DNA of 64,000 bases. It comes from a phage. Below the pieces are notes generated by a model. It was given only the letters and a program-made list of their open reading frames with translations. It ran no database searches and had not been told where the DNA came from. Position 1 is the first letter of the stretch, and every line of letters starts with the position of its first letter. The translations under genes and the position numbers were made by a program. This document shows positions 33,154 through 43,514 of this stretch, piece after piece. Location of the stretch: sequence record PZ402301.1; one strand, given 5' to 3'.

Positions 33154-33372
33154 TTATGTTTTGCGACTAAATTGTTCATAGTGCTGAATTACCTCTCTTA
33201 AACATTTGCATGTGAATGAAAACTTTTTAGCTACACCACATTCAAATATATGTTCTCTTAAATCACGTGTGTCAGTATATCCCATCTCAACAATAAAATG
33301 CCGTATTAGATTTTTATCTTTATCGTTGAGGGAATTAAAATAATCGGATTTTGAATTAATTTCCCTGGCCAA
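33154..33372 (-). CDS. hypothetical protein, 72 aa (arn.1 position)
   Basis: ORF track; cysteine-containing small protein. Confidence 0.55.
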   Translation of the reverse strand: MAREINSKSDYFNSLNDKDKNLIRHFIVEMGYTDTRDLREHIFECGVAKKFSFTCKCLREVIQHYEQFSRKT

Positions 33373-33652
33373 ATTGAATCACCTTCAGTTGACGTTTTAG
33401 TTCTTTTATCATTTCTTCGTTCATCGCAATATAAAGATCGCGTAAAGCAGGTTTTAACATTCCATTTACTGGAGAACTAAATGGACATACATAATCTTTT
33501 CCTACAAGCTTTTTAGTTAATTCCATATCACAAAACTGAAATGCGGGTTCATTGGCATAAATTCCCCAATTAGTTGACATCATTTTATTGGCATATTCCA
33601 ATGCCTGGATTTGATTCATAATTCCATCAATTTGAAACTTTTTAATATTCAT
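33356..33652 (-). CDS. hypothetical protein, 98 aa (arn.2 position)
   Basis: ORF track. Confidence 0.55.
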   Translation of the reverse strand: MNIKKFQIDGIMNQIQALEYANKMMSTNWGIYANEPAFQFCDMELTKKLVGKDYVCPFSSPVNGMLKPALRDLYIAMNEEMIKELKRQLKVIQFGQGN

Positions 33653-34113
33653 TAGTAAAGGTCCTCAGAGTAAAGTTCTTTTTCACTACCGCCGCGTTCG
33701 ATACGTACTTGTCCAGCGTAAGTTGCAATAATCATTGCTTCTTCACGGGTCCAATAATTACTATATTGGTCAATAAACCCTTGGTCATCATCACAAACTT
33801 GTTGAGTAACTAATTGAGGTTTAACTACATCTAAAACTTCTGCCATATCTTTAGAATAATGACGAGCGCCTGGAATAACAAGAGTTCGTCCATCTTTTAA
33901 TCTAAAACGGTTGGCTGCGCAAACAATCCGTCGTTGGTACTTTTGGTTTTCATCCCAATATGCAGACTGCCAACAGATTTCAGGAACTTCTTTTAGAATA
34001 TCTTCTTCTGTGCATTTATAACCATGTGCTTTAAATTTTTCAGCAAGACTTTCTGGAGTCTCACGAGATAAAGGAACATTCAGCATTTTTAAACGATTAA
34101 TAAATGGATTCAT
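33652..34113 (-). CDS. hypothetical protein, 153 aa (arn.3 position)
   Basis: ORF track; stop/start coupling. Confidence 0.6.
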   Translation of the reverse strand: MNPFINRLKMLNVPLSRETPESLAEKFKAHGYKCTEEDILKEVPEICWQSAYWDENQKYQRRIVCAANRFRLKDGRTLVIPGARHYSKDMAEVLDVVKPQLVTQQVCDDDQGFIDQYSNYWTREEAMIIATYAGQVRIERGGSEKELYSEDLY

Positions 34114-34439
34114 TTAAACCATCCTTTAATACGTTGCCACAAAGTTTTCTGTTGAGCTTTGTTAACACCAATTGATCGAATAACTGGTTGAGATTCCTGG
34201 AATTCTTTATAATCAGCAAGGTAAATTTCGTAAGCTGAATCAGTAAAGGAACTTATCGCTGCCATGAAATTATTGCGAATACCTACTGGAGCATCTTTAC
34301 TTTCACGAATAATCATGTATTTGCCAGTCTTAATCTTTACGATGGTTCCAAGATAAGCTCCGTGGTACCAGATATCCCACCCCTCTTGAGTGGGTTCTGC
34401 ACAACGACGAAGTTCATTAACAATTTCTAACTTGTTCAT
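34110..34439 (-). CDS. hypothetical protein, 109 aa (arn.4 position)
   Basis: ORF track. Confidence 0.55.
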   Translation of the reverse strand: MNKLEIVNELRRCAEPTQEGWDIWYHGAYLGTIVKIKTGKYMIIRESKDAPVGIRNNFMAAISSFTDSAYEIYLADYKEFQESQPVIRSIGVNKAQQKTLWQRIKGWFK

Positions 34440-34449
34440 TATTTATTCC

Positions 34450-35085
34450 TCACAGTTCAGATGCTACGGTGATTACTGCTTCAATGTTTTCTGCAGAGCG
34501 TTTAATGTCAAGATACACATTACCATTTTTAGCGATTTTGCATGACATTCCGATATCAGTAAATTTCTGAATATGATGTTCCATCATTTTGTATCCAAAA
34601 ATTCGCATATTTCCATTGTTGTTAATTTCAAAATTACGAATTCCGTGAGTGCGTTTTTCTAAAATAGCGAGATAGTTACTACGATAAGTTTCAACCTTTT
34701 TAAGAACAAATCCATTTTCATCTAAAAGTTTTAACATGAAGTCTTTATCTTCTTCCATATCGGAAGTAATCTCACGAGCTTTACGGGTTGCTCGTTTTTT
34801 CAGTAGTTCCGGAGCATTTTCCTGTGCGTATAAAGTTGCTGCATTTGAAATAATATCCTGAGCTTCACCAGTAATGATTAATCCATCACCAGATTTCTCC
34901 ACCAGGCCTTTTTTAATCAATACCCCAATATTACTATTAACTACTGCGTTACCTAAATCTGGATGCACCTCACGAACTTCTGCAGCTGTAATGAAATCTT
35001 TCTTAGCAATGGTAATTAAAATCGCAGCAGTTTTTTCATTCAGAACATCGTTAGAAGCTTTGATGATGTAAGTTACTTTAGACAT
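34450..35085 (-). CDS. motA: MotA middle-transcription activator
   Basis: 211 aa, T4 MotA length and sequence pattern; promoter 35124-35157 upstream. Confidence 0.9.
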   Translation of the reverse strand: MSKVTYIIKASNDVLNEKTAAILITIAKKDFITAAEVREVHPDLGNAVVNSNIGVLIKKGLVEKSGDGLIITGEAQDIISNAATLYAQENAPELLKKRATRKAREITSDMEEDKDFMLKLLDENGFVLKKVETYRSNYLAILEKRTHGIRNFEINNNGNMRIFGYKMMEHHIQKFTDIGMSCKIAKNGNVYLDIKRSAENIEAVITVASEL

Positions 35086-35123
35086 TTTCTAATCTCCGTA
35101 ATTCTGTATCAGTAGTTGATAGT

Positions 35124-35157
35124 TGTATAGTACCACAGTATGCTTTGGTTGTAAACC
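35124..35157 (-). promoter_or_regulatory. early promoter upstream of motA (near-identical copy of 18451-18483)
   Basis: GTTTAC (rc of 35151-35156), TACTATAC -10; about 70 bp nearly identical to promoter at 18445-18517. Confidence 0.6.
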
Positions 35158-35177
35158 GTTTTGTGAAAAAAATTTTG

Positions 35178-35207
35178 AAATAAAAAAGGGAGAGCCTCGG
35201 CTCTCCC
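35178..35207 (-). terminator. rho-independent terminator upstream of motA promoter
   Basis: Hairpin GGGAGAGCC-GGCTCTCCC followed by U-run on minus strand. Confidence 0.7.
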
Positions 35208-35213
35208 TAAAAT

Positions 35214-35363
35214 TTACTGCATGACTGTGATAACTGTCATGATAACACGTTGAATTCCGAACGCAAGAAGACCTCCTGCTACGGCTGGAACAACACCTAA
35301 ACCCGCCAGTAAAATGCTACCGGATACTAATGCAGCGCTTGTAATACCAATGAATGGACTCAT
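35214..35363 (-). CDS. small hydrophobic membrane peptide, 49 aa (motA.1 position)
   Basis: Found by reading; ATG 35361-35363 overlaps gene 52 stop (ATGA); glycine/alanine-rich transmembrane sequence; not in ORF track (<60 aa). Confidence 0.55.
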   Translation of the reverse strand: MSPFIGITSAALVSGSILLAGLGVVPAVAGGLLAFGIQRVIMTVITVMQ

Positions 35364-36688
35364 TTGATTTCCTCTAAATCTTTAGTGTATTCTGTAACTA
35401 CATCAGTAGTTTTCCAATATTCGTTTTCTTCTTTTTTAGCTTTAGCTTCTTCAGCAAGTTTCTTTGCTTCGTCGGAAGTCATATGAAAAATGTTCATTCC
35501 AACTAGTTTATCAACATAAGAAGAATACATATCAATTTTAGAAAGTTCTTCAGTCAGTTCTTTGCGAGTTTTACCTTGTACAACAATTTCACCTGAAATC
35601 ACTTTCTTAATGAAATGTGCCTTGGCAAAGGCTAAACGAAATGCTGATTCAGTTTCTTTGATTTTATTATCAATTCGTTTTTGGACATAAGTTTTACGAA
35701 CTTCAACGAAGTCTTTGATTAAATCAACTACGTTATCGTAAACTTGCAGCTTTCCTTTCTCATTAATGACGGTAATATTCTGAGAACGACGCTCAATCAA
35801 TCCAAAGTCTTTCATAATTTTTGCATGGCGTTCTTCTTCGTTATCGCTCAAAGAATATTCTTTACGGAATTTAACTTTGAAGCCAAAACCATGCTCACCA
35901 CAAGCATCATCCCATGTAATGAAGCCTTTATCTTCAAGCGGGTCTAAGATTTTACTCACGTAAGTTTCACGATCATACTTATACGGAATCTCAGTGATAT
36001 TCATTTGAGTTCGTGAAGTAAACTTGTACGTTCCACGAATTTCATATTGACCGTCAATTTCAACGACTTCACCACGAAATTCTGGGAATTCTACCTTCGG
36101 TTTAGTTACTTTCTTTCCTTGAAGAGCTTGTAGTACAGCTTTCTTGACAGAAGAAACACTATGAGGAAGAATGTAAGTTGCATAACCAGTTGCAATACCG
36201 GAAACGCCATTAAGAAGAACAGTAGGAATAATAGGCAAATAGAAAGCAGGCGGAATGTGTTCTTTATCTTGATGTACCGGAGCATATTCAGTATCTTTAT
36301 ATACGCTATAGAAATTTTTACTTACACGAGCAAAAATATAACGGCTTGCAGCTGCTTTTTGAACGGTACGAGAACCAAAGTTTCCTTGACCATCTAACAA
36401 AGGAAAGTTATTATTCCAAGTATTAGCCATCAAAGCCCCCGCGTCTTGCGCAGAGTTTTCACCATGATGATATCCAAGGTCAGCTACACCACCTGCAATA
36501 GAAGCGAGCTTGTGAAACTTATCTTTATTTCCTCGCGCCAAATCAAGAGCTCGAGCAATAACAAACCGTTGAACTGGCTTAAATCCATCAATCATATTTG
36601 GAATAGCACGATTTTCAACCGTGTACATAGCATAAGCCAATGCTTCATTATCAATGATACTTTTTAAATCGCGATTATTCAGTTGCAT
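35360..36688 (-). CDS. 52: DNA topoisomerase II medium subunit (GyrA-like)
   Basis: 442 aa, T4 gp52 length; type II topoisomerase A-subunit features. Confidence 0.95.
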   Translation of the reverse strand: MQLNNRDLKSIIDNEALAYAMYTVENRAIPNMIDGFKPVQRFVIARALDLARGNKDKFHKLASIAGGVADLGYHHGENSAQDAGALMANTWNNNFPLLDGQGNFGSRTVQKAAASRYIFARVSKNFYSVYKDTEYAPVHQDKEHIPPAFYLPIIPTVLLNGVSGIATGYATYILPHSVSSVKKAVLQALQGKKVTKPKVEFPEFRGEVVEIDGQYEIRGTYKFTSRTQMNITEIPYKYDRETYVSKILDPLEDKGFITWDDACGEHGFGFKVKFRKEYSLSDNEEERHAKIMKDFGLIERRSQNITVINEKGKLQVYDNVVDLIKDFVEVRKTYVQKRIDNKIKETESAFRLAFAKAHFIKKVISGEIVVQGKTRKELTEELSKIDMYSSYVDKLVGMNIFHMTSDEAKKLAEEAKAKKEENEYWKTTDVVTEYTKDLEEIK

Positions 36689-36692
36689 AAAT

Positions 36693-36833
36693 TTACCATA
36701 CTAGTGAATGTAGTGCCATAATAACATCAGAAATGAAAAGCACGACTTGAATTAATCCGAACATTACTCCATAATATAGTGCTACCAATAAAGTAGCAAG
36801 GGCTAATGAATAGCCCAAGATTTTCTTAATCAT
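36693..36833 (-). CDS. small hydrophobic peptide, 46 aa (52.1 position)
   Basis: Found by reading; ATG overlaps ac stop; single predicted TM helix. Confidence 0.5.
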   Translation of the reverse strand: MIKKILGYSLALATLLVALYYGVMFGLIQVVLFISDVIMALHSLVW

Positions 36834-36984
36834 TGGTAGATAACAACACAAATGTTAAATATGCACACATACCCTGGGCTAAAGCTTGTGAAAACACACT
36901 ACTAGCATCGATACAGATAGTTAAAACACATGCTACTATCCAACAAATAAATGAAATAACTCCTAATAGTTTTGCAATATTCAT
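36826..36984 (-). CDS. ac: Ac-like small membrane protein (acriflavine sensitivity), 52 aa
   Basis: Found by reading; GAGGAAAAT RBS; hydrophobic; lies between stp and 52 as in T4. Confidence 0.6.
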   Translation of the reverse strand: MNIAKLLGVISFICWIVACVLTICIDASSVFSQALAQGMCAYLTFVLLSTND

Positions 36985-36991
36985 ATTTTCC

Positions 36992-37072
36992 TCACTGGCG
37001 TCCGAAGACGCCTTTAGTTTTAAGATTGTTACGATAGAACTGCATTACATGTTCGTTATGGAAATTACTCAT
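36992..37072 (-). CDS. stp: Stp peptide (activator of host anticodon nuclease PrrC)
   Basis: 26-aa [29 protein letters not shown], matching remembered T4 Stp; ATG overlaps ndd stop. Confidence 0.8.
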
Positions 37073-37527
37073 TAGTATGCCTGCAAAACAAATTTAAAGT
37101 TATCAGCCAACATACGATTCATTTCTTCAAGCGTTTGATACTCAGAATGATGATTACGAGTAAACGCTAAAGCTAACTGACCTTTTCCAAATCCCGTCGT
37201 CAGAGGTTTCATCTTAGAAGCAGGTAGATAAAATACCGTGTATGGAACATTGTTATTTGCAATAGTACGCGCAAGCTGAGATCGACGCTGGCGAATATGA
37301 CTTAGAACTGCACTGAATCCTTGCTTAGAACGCTGATTACCTACATAAAATCGCGCAGATACACACGGACTATCAAATGGACCACCAAATTTGCTTACTA
37401 AAAAGTAAAATCCAGGGTTAGACAAAATGTCTTTATGTGGAGTTCCAAAAACCCATTCACCGCCCTTGATTGTACCAATAACAGTTGCGCCTGCATTATT
37501 CAAATCAGTAACAGTCATATATTTCAT
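37072..37527 (-). CDS. ndd: Ndd nucleoid-disruption protein
   Basis: 151 aa, T4 Ndd length and sequence pattern. Confidence 0.85.
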
Positions 37528-37586
37528 GTTATTTTCCTCTAATTATTTTCTACTCCAAGGCCGCATGAATACACACGGCCGATAAA

Positions 37587-37802
37587 TTAATCGTCGCAGT
37601 CGACGCTCAATTCCCAGAACTCTTCTACGGTATAAGTTTCAGTATCATTTTCAATACAGAAACGTTCATTACTGTTATTTGCTAAAGTAGCGTTAACTGT
37701 CATTTTCTCGCTAGTGCTTTTAAGAGGTGAAATACGAATTAACTGATCACCATTATCTAAACAGAAAATTTCACCGACCTTTACATCTTTAAAAATTTTC
37801 AT
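37587..37802 (-). CDS. hypothetical protein, 71 aa (ndd.x block)
   Basis: ORF track. Confidence 0.5.
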   Translation of the reverse strand: MKIFKDVKVGEIFCLDNGDQLIRISPLKSTSEKMTVNATLANNSNERFCIENDTETYTVEEFWELSVDCDD

Positions 37803-37917
37803 AATTCACCTCAAGGAGTATAAAATCCAAACGCAGTTGTTGACCATCCCATCCAGTATGGGAAATTTGCACCAATGTAAAACATAAGAATATAAAACCA
37901 ACCACTCAGCAAATTCA

Positions 37918-38136
37918 TCATTTTACACCATTCCAAATTGTTTCAACCACAGATTTTAAGCCATTTTGATGAATGTCCATTCCGACAACTGCCATCAAAT
38001 AGATTCCAACTACAGCTGAACCTAAGGCGAAAATCAGCATGAAAATGAATAAAGCTGGAAAAATATTATCGAAAAACCATTCCATAAATGTAAAAGCACT
38101 ACGTTTACGCTTCATATTTTCCTCACATAAATCCAA
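37918..38136 (-). CDS. small membrane protein, 72 aa
   Basis: ORF track; two hydrophobic segments. Confidence 0.5.
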   Translation of the reverse strand: MDLCEENMKRKRSAFTFMEWFFDNIFPALFIFMLIFALGSAVVGIYLMAVVGMDIHQNGLKSVVETIWNGVK

Positions 38137-38236
38137 AATAAGCGTTTAATACATCAATCATTAAAACGATTGGGAATATACTCAAAACTACTAGTATTAT
38201 AACTACATTCCATATAGCTTTAACAATCTTTTTCAT
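38123..38236 (-). CDS. tiny membrane peptide, 37 aa (track ORF trimmed to ATG behind promoter)
   Basis: ATG 38234-38236 with GAGGAA RBS directly downstream of promoter 38259-38295. Confidence 0.4.
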   Translation of the reverse strand: MKKIVKAIWNVVIILVVLSIFPIVLMIDVLNAYFGFM

Positions 38237-38258
38237 TTTCTGTTCCTCTGTAGTTGAT

Positions 38259-38295
38259 AGGGTAATAATACCACAGAGGAACAGTCTTGTAAACA
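38259..38295 (-). promoter_or_regulatory. early promoter-like element
   Basis: GTTTAC (rc of 38289-38294), TATTATTAC -10. Confidence 0.5.
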
Positions 38296-38301
38296 ACTTT
38301 T

Positions 38302-38400
38302 TTAAAAATATTCGTAATAAATGTGAATGCCAATCACTACTGCCGAAACTTGCGCAACCCACCATGCACAAGCAATAAGTACAGAATTCAAAATTTTCAT
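38302..38400 (-). CDS. tiny hydrophobic peptide, 32 aa
   Basis: Found by reading; GAGG RBS; ATGA overlap with upstream tiny ORF. Confidence 0.35.
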   Translation of the reverse strand: MKILNSVLIACAWWVAQVSAVVIGIHIYYEYF

Positions 38401-38483
38401 AATAACCTCATCACAAAAGTAAATGTTAAACAAATTAATGGAATACTAATTAACCAAATAAAACACCACCACAATGAACTCAT
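38397..38483 (-). CDS. tiny hydrophobic peptide, about 28 aa
   Basis: Found by reading; ATG overlaps stop of 90-aa ORF (ATGA). Confidence 0.35.
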   Translation of the reverse strand: MSSLWWCFIWLISIPLICLTFTFVMRLL

Positions 38484-38752
38484 AGTTCAATCTCAGCGAT
38501 TTTCATTTCATTATTATTAATAGCCGCTTTAAGACTATCTGAAAGAATTACATCCCAGTGGTCATTCATATGACCATTAACTAAACGTGTAATTTCTTCG
38601 GGAGTTGAAAAATAAGGCGTATCAGACTCCCAATGCGATAGTCCCAAGCGAGTATAAATCATACCTTCATCATCGCTAGAATATTCAACTGACACAAACT
38701 CATCAGTTATTTTATGTTTAGCGTAATAAAATTTAAATTTCATTTTACTCAA
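38480..38752 (-). CDS. hypothetical protein, 90 aa
   Basis: ORF track; coupled to neighbours. Confidence 0.55.
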   Translation of the reverse strand: MSKMKFKFYYAKHKITDEFVSVEYSSDDEGMIYTRLGLSHWESDTPYFSTPEEITRLVNGHMNDHWDVILSDSLKAAINNNEMKIAEIEL

Positions 38753-38955
38753 TAATCCGCTAAAAGATCGACGATTGCATCACGAAGACACTTATTCGCA
38801 ATACGTTTAAGAGCAATTTCAGTTTCTGGAGCATTTTGAATAATCATTGAATTCAATTCAGCCTCAGCAAACTGAAGTTCTTTGACTAATTCAGCTTTAT
38901 ATTTTCCTTGCCCTTTCTTAGCTTTTGCTCGTTTTAATTCAGCTGTAGTAAACAT
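38749..38955 (-). CDS. hypothetical protein, 68 aa (track ORF trimmed to ATG downstream of promoter)
   Basis: ATG 38953-38955 with GGAGA RBS; promoter 38987-39020 lies inside the longer track ORF. Confidence 0.5.
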   Translation of the reverse strand: MFTTAELKRAKAKKGQGKYKAELVKELQFAEAELNSMIIQNAPETEIALKRIANKCLRDAIVDLLADY

Positions 38956-38986
38956 TTTATTCTCCAAATCTATATCAGTTGATAGT

Positions 38987-39020
38987 TGTATAGTACCACA
39001 GTCCTTGTGGTATGTAAACC
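38987..39020 (-). promoter_or_regulatory. early promoter-like element
   Basis: GTTTAC (rc of 39014-39019), TACTATAC -10. Confidence 0.5.
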
Positions 39021-39035
39021 GTTTTGTGAAATTTT

Positions 39036-39593
39036 TTAAATGGAAAGATACCATCCGTTGTAGTTGCTTTTTCTTACAACTTTACGAAGGTCTTCTCTAT
39101 CACCGATGAACTTCGGAGTGTACTGGATGACACCTGGATGAATTTCTTTAGTGTTGAATATAATTATACAGTCAGCGACTTGATGATTTAGAATGGGCCC
39201 TAGATTTATTCCAGAACCGTATGGATACTCTCCGCTGCATCCGGTTGTTACCGAAATCCAACGTGAGTCAGTTTGATGTGTTTTGACTTCTACACGAAGC
39301 CCGCAGTATCTTGGGTGCGCCAGTACATCCCACGCATATGTATACGGGTCATTAACATCCTCTTGGCCTTTGTTAACATACCCGCTTAGCCAATCTGCTA
39401 CAAAAAACTCTGCATACACAGCGATACGACATCTTTCAATGACTTCTGCTTTATCCTGGTTCGGGTTTTGTTTTAAAGAGTATCTTGCTGTATCAGCAAT
39501 TTTGACCTTCATTTCACTAGTCAAATCATTGTTCGATAGGGTAAATGTCGGAATCTGAAATAGTCTCTGTAAACCTGGATTCGTTTTCTGCAT
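39036..39593 (-). CDS. denB: endonuclease IV
   Basis: 185 aa, T4 DenB length; position between ndd block and rIIB. Confidence 0.85.
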   Translation of the reverse strand: MQKTNPGLQRLFQIPTFTLSNNDLTSEMKVKIADTARYSLKQNPNQDKAEVIERCRIAVYAEFFVADWLSGYVNKGQEDVNDPYTYAWDVLAHPRYCGLRVEVKTHQTDSRWISVTTGCSGEYPYGSGINLGPILNHQVADCIIIFNTKEIHPGVIQYTPKFIGDREDLRKVVRKSNYNGWYLSI

Positions 39594-39855
39594 TTAGACT
39601 TTCCTTTTTACCACTAAGATAAGCGTTATGTACTTTAAGAGTGCCGTAATAAATTCGATCATTTTCATGTAAAGACTCACTGTCAAGTTCATCGAGTTTC
39701 TTTTTATCCATGACTATAACATCATTACAATAAAGAAACCCAAGTTTTTCGTGACCAAACTCGAATTTATTGCAGTACACAATATTAGCGTGATGATTTC
39801 CGTGCAGTTTAATCTCTTTTATGTCGGAATCACCGATATTCATACAATAAATCAT
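39526..39855 (-). CDS. hypothetical protein, 109 aa (denB.1 position)
   Basis: ORF track; AAGGAAAAA RBS; overlaps denB start by about 68 nt. Confidence 0.55.
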   Translation of the reverse strand: MIYCMNIGDSDIKEIKLHGNHHANIVYCNKFEFGHEKLGFLYCNDVIVMDKKKLDELDSESLHENDRIYYGTLKVHNAYLSGKKESLNAENESRFTETISDSDIYPIEQ

Positions 39856-39893
39856 AATTTTTCCTTAAAACAAAAGGGCCGAAGCCCCTTATT

Positions 39894-40088
39894 TTATTTA
39901 AATTGTGCAATTCTTTTCTCTAAACAATCCGCGTAAGATTTCATTGAGATGAACTGCGAAAGCAACAGTTCTTGCTCAACTGCATTAACCGTTGAAAACT
40001 TTTCACTTTCTAAAAATTTGCTCAGTGCATTAATTTTGAGCATTAATTGATCGTATTCTTCTTTTACTCGTGCTTGATAACCTAACAT
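39894..40088 (-). CDS. hypothetical protein, 64 aa
   Basis: ORF track; AAGGAAAA RBS; flanked by UUCG hairpins. Confidence 0.5.
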   Translation of the reverse strand: MLGYQARVKEEYDQLMLKINALSKFLESEKFSTVNAVEQELLLSQFISMKSYADCLEKRIAQFK

Positions 40089-40116
40089 AATTTTCCTTAG
40101 TTAAGGGCCGAAGCCC

Positions 40117-41055
40117 TTATTTAAATTGTTCAGTAACGTCTTCAACTACTTCGTATTGGCAGGTACGCATTTTAGCGTCGTTATAATCAATCGGAATTGA
40201 TACTACATCGCGAGGATGTACTTTAACTTTTACAACTCGGCTGGTTGAACTGCCAAAGTGACGAATATAAGATTTAGAACACACATGCAGACCACGAGAA
40301 CAAGTTTGTGTATCATCGTCATTCACACGAGTACGTGGCATTTTAACTACTTTGCCAGGACTGTTATCAAAAGTATTTGAATGACAGTCAAAGTAATTAC
40401 TGCGAACTACTTTCCAAGCATAGAAGTAACCGTCTTCTGTAATTTCAATATCGTTTGCTACCAAAAAATCAAAGAGTCGAGATACTGCTTTTTGGCTTGG
40501 GTTTTCCAGCAGATTTTCCAAGAACGGAAAATAAAATTCAAAGTTTTCGCCTTTTTCCATCGAATCAAGAATACGATCAACTAAACCAGATCGCAATTCA
40601 ATATTTTGATAGAACAAGCTTCCACCTTCAATTCGAACATCACCGGAAATATATTTTTCAACAGCGCGACGAACGTTAATTTTTTGCGCTGCTTCTTCCA
40701 ATTTATCTGCAACAAGCAGATTAAGAATTTCTTGGAAGTTTGAATGAGTATTAGGAGTTGCGTTATAAGTTACACCGTCAACAGTAATTGAAATGAATTT
40801 TTTAGATGCATTCCAAATAATGTCAGATTTAGCAACTGGAGCAATAGCTGCATCGCTCTTAACTGTAACTGTAATGTCACCGCTAATGGTAACTTTGGAG
40901 CGCTCAGCTTCTTCAGCATTTTTCAAAACACGACGGATTGTGTCAACCGATACACCTTGCCAATCAGCCAATTCCTGTTGGGTATAATTACCACTTGAAT
41001 ACAATTTAACAATTTCAGCTTGTTCGTTTTTGGTCAGGCATTTAATATTGTACAT
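40117..41055 (-). CDS. rIIB: RIIB membrane-associated protein
   Basis: 312 aa, T4 rIIB length; adjacent to rIIA. Confidence 0.9.
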   Translation of the reverse strand: MYNIKCLTKNEQAEIVKLYSSGNYTQQELADWQGVSVDTIRRVLKNAEEAERSKVTISGDITVTVKSDAAIAPVAKSDIIWNASKKFISITVDGVTYNATPNTHSNFQEILNLLVADKLEEAAQKINVRRAVEKYISGDVRIEGGSLFYQNIELRSGLVDRILDSMEKGENFEFYFPFLENLLENPSQKAVSRLFDFLVANDIEITEDGYFYAWKVVRSNYFDCHSNTFDNSPGKVVKMPRTRVNDDDTQTCSRGLHVCSKSYIRHFGSSTSRVVKVKVHPRDVVSIPIDYNDAKMRTCQYEVVEDVTEQFK

Positions 41056-41066
41056 AATTTTCCTTA

Positions 41067-43244
41067 TTAGGCCGCAAGGGCCTTCATAGTTTTAGCGATT
41101 TGGGAAACTTCATCATCACTTAAAGAATTGCGATAACCGATGAAGTCGGAAACAATACGGAATTTCTTGGTAAACTCAGCAACCATTTTATCACTGTTTT
41201 TTGAAGCATTATTTGATAATACATCAAAAAGATTAGTTACCGTCCAGATGTCATGACCGATGGTATCTTTTCCACCGTTGAAATATACACCCTGTAATGA
41301 ACTAACCATATTAGCGAGTCGTGTATATTCTTCGGAAACTTCATCTACACTGAAGTACTTCATCATAAAATCTAACTCAGGATACTTGATAATTTTATCA
41401 ATATATCGTTTAGCTGAACTTGAATAACCTACATACTTATCATAATCTACATCATCAAAAGCATCTACATATAAATCACGCAAAGTTTCAAAAATACATT
41501 GACACTGACCAAGTTCTTTTACCTTTTTCTGTAAAAGTGGACGAATAACATAAAATTCATTAATGCCAATAAGATTAGCCATACGAATCAAAATATTCGT
41601 AGATGGATGACAAAGCGATGTAGTACCATCCATAGAGAAAATATCAGAACGATGCATGTATGCTACATAACCAGTAATTTCATCTGCTTCTGACGTAAGT
41701 GTAAACAATTCCTCTTTTTCCCAGCGCCCGTCTTTAATTTCAAACTTAAATGCAGTAGCAGTTTTAGGACGAGGAGCTGTACTTTTTACTGCCTTTGGAA
41801 TATAACTTTTAACTAAAGCTTCGATTTCTGACAAATAATGAATGTTAACTTCATCACTTTCAAACATTGCCATAATATCAGGAAGCAAATCAATCTGCGA
41901 TTCTACTTCTGGATTAATAAACAGAAGCCGCTCATTGTGATGAATATTTAATGCGTTATTAAATTCACTATCATCTAACGCGCGTGCTAATCCACGGACA
42001 ATATTAACACGATTTTTAGTATTATCAATAACAATATTAATTTTTGTCGTATTAATACCAAACAGACGATAGCTTGATGCAACGGCTGAAGTTTCATGAC
42101 TTTGCTTAATGCGTTTCAGTCGAGGGTCAAGATTTACTTCATACACAACCCCTGCATTGCATAACTTACTGTCAGGTTCAAACATGCTCTGCATCTTTTT
42201 ATATGACAGATTTTTAGTCGTAAATTTGACTGAATTACTAATCATATAATCTCGAGCAGAATACCCCATCTTCATCAATTCACGGTATGTATGACGAGGA
42301 GATGTAGATTCTTTAAATCGTTTTACATCTTCATTAAATGCCTGCTCACTGAGCTCTTTAACACGCTCAATAATATTTTTACGAGTACGATCATCCAGCG
42401 AAAGAGCCTCACGCGATGGAGCAATATCAAGTGAACCCATTGGAAACTTAATATAATTCACTTCATTGCGAATGCTTAACCAGTTACGGTCTCTAATAAC
42501 ACCATCAATAGGATAAACAATACCACCATAGATAGCGTACAATCCACCACGATCTGGCCAGTATCTTTCTGGATTTACACCGTAATAGTCATCAAAATCC
42601 GGAAAATAATCAATTTCGCGGTCAAGACCATTAATAATAGCCAAATCTTTGAATGGTCGCATGATATAAGAAACTTCATAAGCAAAGTTTCTAAAGTCTT
42701 TTTCTTCAACCGGAACTACGATTTCAATGCCAGTTTTATCGTCTGGACCCATTTCTTTTACGAATGTAGGTTTAATCTGCGGACCGTCACCATCCATGTA
42801 AGCTACATAACCACGAATTTCACCTTTATGATATGAAGTAATACTAAATGTATCAGTATAACTAAACGGAGATTTAGAACCTAAACCAAATCCACCAATG
42901 AAATCATTAGATTCAGCCTTAGATGAACTAAAGTATGAATTATACAACCCAGGAGAATTATCATCACCCTGAATATCAAAATCGCTCATACCTGGACCAA
43001 AATCTCGGCAAACAAATCGCGGATCTAATCGTCCTGGAACTTGAATGATAAATTTTTCAGGATTTCCATTAAGAGCATGGGCATCAATCATGTTGGTAAT
43101 CAATTCACGGACTACTGCGCGAATCTTGTTTGTATACAAATCAGATGACAGAATTTTAAATACTTTAGGAGATGCTGTGATGCTAAATGCTTTTGATTTA
43201 GAACCATTGCCAAGAATTGTTTCTTTTTCAGTGGTGATAATCAT
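41067..43244 (-). CDS. rIIA: RIIA protein (GHKL ATPase-like N-terminus)
   Basis: 725 aa, T4 rIIA length; synteny rIIB-rIIA-39. Confidence 0.9.
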   Translation of the reverse strand: MIITTEKETILGNGSKSKAFSITASPKVFKILSSDLYTNKIRAVVRELITNMIDAHALNGNPEKFIIQVPGRLDPRFVCRDFGPGMSDFDIQGDDNSPGLYNSYFSSSKAESNDFIGGFGLGSKSPFSYTDTFSITSYHKGEIRGYVAYMDGDGPQIKPTFVKEMGPDDKTGIEIVVPVEEKDFRNFAYEVSYIMRPFKDLAIINGLDREIDYFPDFDDYYGVNPERYWPDRGGLYAIYGGIVYPIDGVIRDRNWLSIRNEVNYIKFPMGSLDIAPSREALSLDDRTRKNIIERVKELSEQAFNEDVKRFKESTSPRHTYRELMKMGYSARDYMISNSVKFTTKNLSYKKMQSMFEPDSKLCNAGVVYEVNLDPRLKRIKQSHETSAVASSYRLFGINTTKINIVIDNTKNRVNIVRGLARALDDSEFNNALNIHHNERLLFINPEVESQIDLLPDIMAMFESDEVNIHYLSEIEALVKSYIPKAVKSTAPRPKTATAFKFEIKDGRWEKEELFTLTSEADEITGYVAYMHRSDIFSMDGTTSLCHPSTNILIRMANLIGINEFYVIRPLLQKKVKELGQCQCIFETLRDLYVDAFDDVDYDKYVGYSSSAKRYIDKIIKYPELDFMMKYFSVDEVSEEYTRLANMVSSLQGVYFNGGKDTIGHDIWTVTNLFDVLSNNASKNSDKMVAEFTKKFRIVSDFIGYRNSLSDDEVSQIAKTMKALAA

Positions 43245-43254
43245 AATTTCCTCA

Positions 43255-43458
43255 TTAATTCATATTGCGTTTAATAACTTCAGCAACTTCTAGTAGTTCA
43301 TCTTTAGTTGCGGTGTCGGATTGAATTTTATCTCTAATATCCTTAAAGCGGTTTTTAAACTCTTCGGCTTCTCCCATATCGAAAAAGCGTTGAATGATTC
43401 TATATTCTCGATGAACTGCTTTATCAAAAAGTTCTAAATTTACTCTGTATGATTTCAT
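43255..43458 (-). CDS. hypothetical protein, 67 aa (rIIA.1 position)
   Basis: ORF track; promoter 43479-43514 upstream. Confidence 0.55.
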   Translation of the reverse strand: MKSYRVNLELFDKAVHREYRIIQRFFDMGEAEEFKNRFKDIRDKIQSDTATKDELLEVAEVIKRNMN

Positions 43459-43478
43459 TTCAATGTCCTCATTTGCCC

Positions 43479-43514
43479 AATTAATTATACCGCATCCTTG
43501 TGGTAAAGTAAACT
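43479..43514 (-). promoter_or_regulatory. early promoter-like element overlapping gene 39 stop
   Basis: GTTTAC (rc of 43508-43513), TATAAT -10. Confidence 0.5.
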
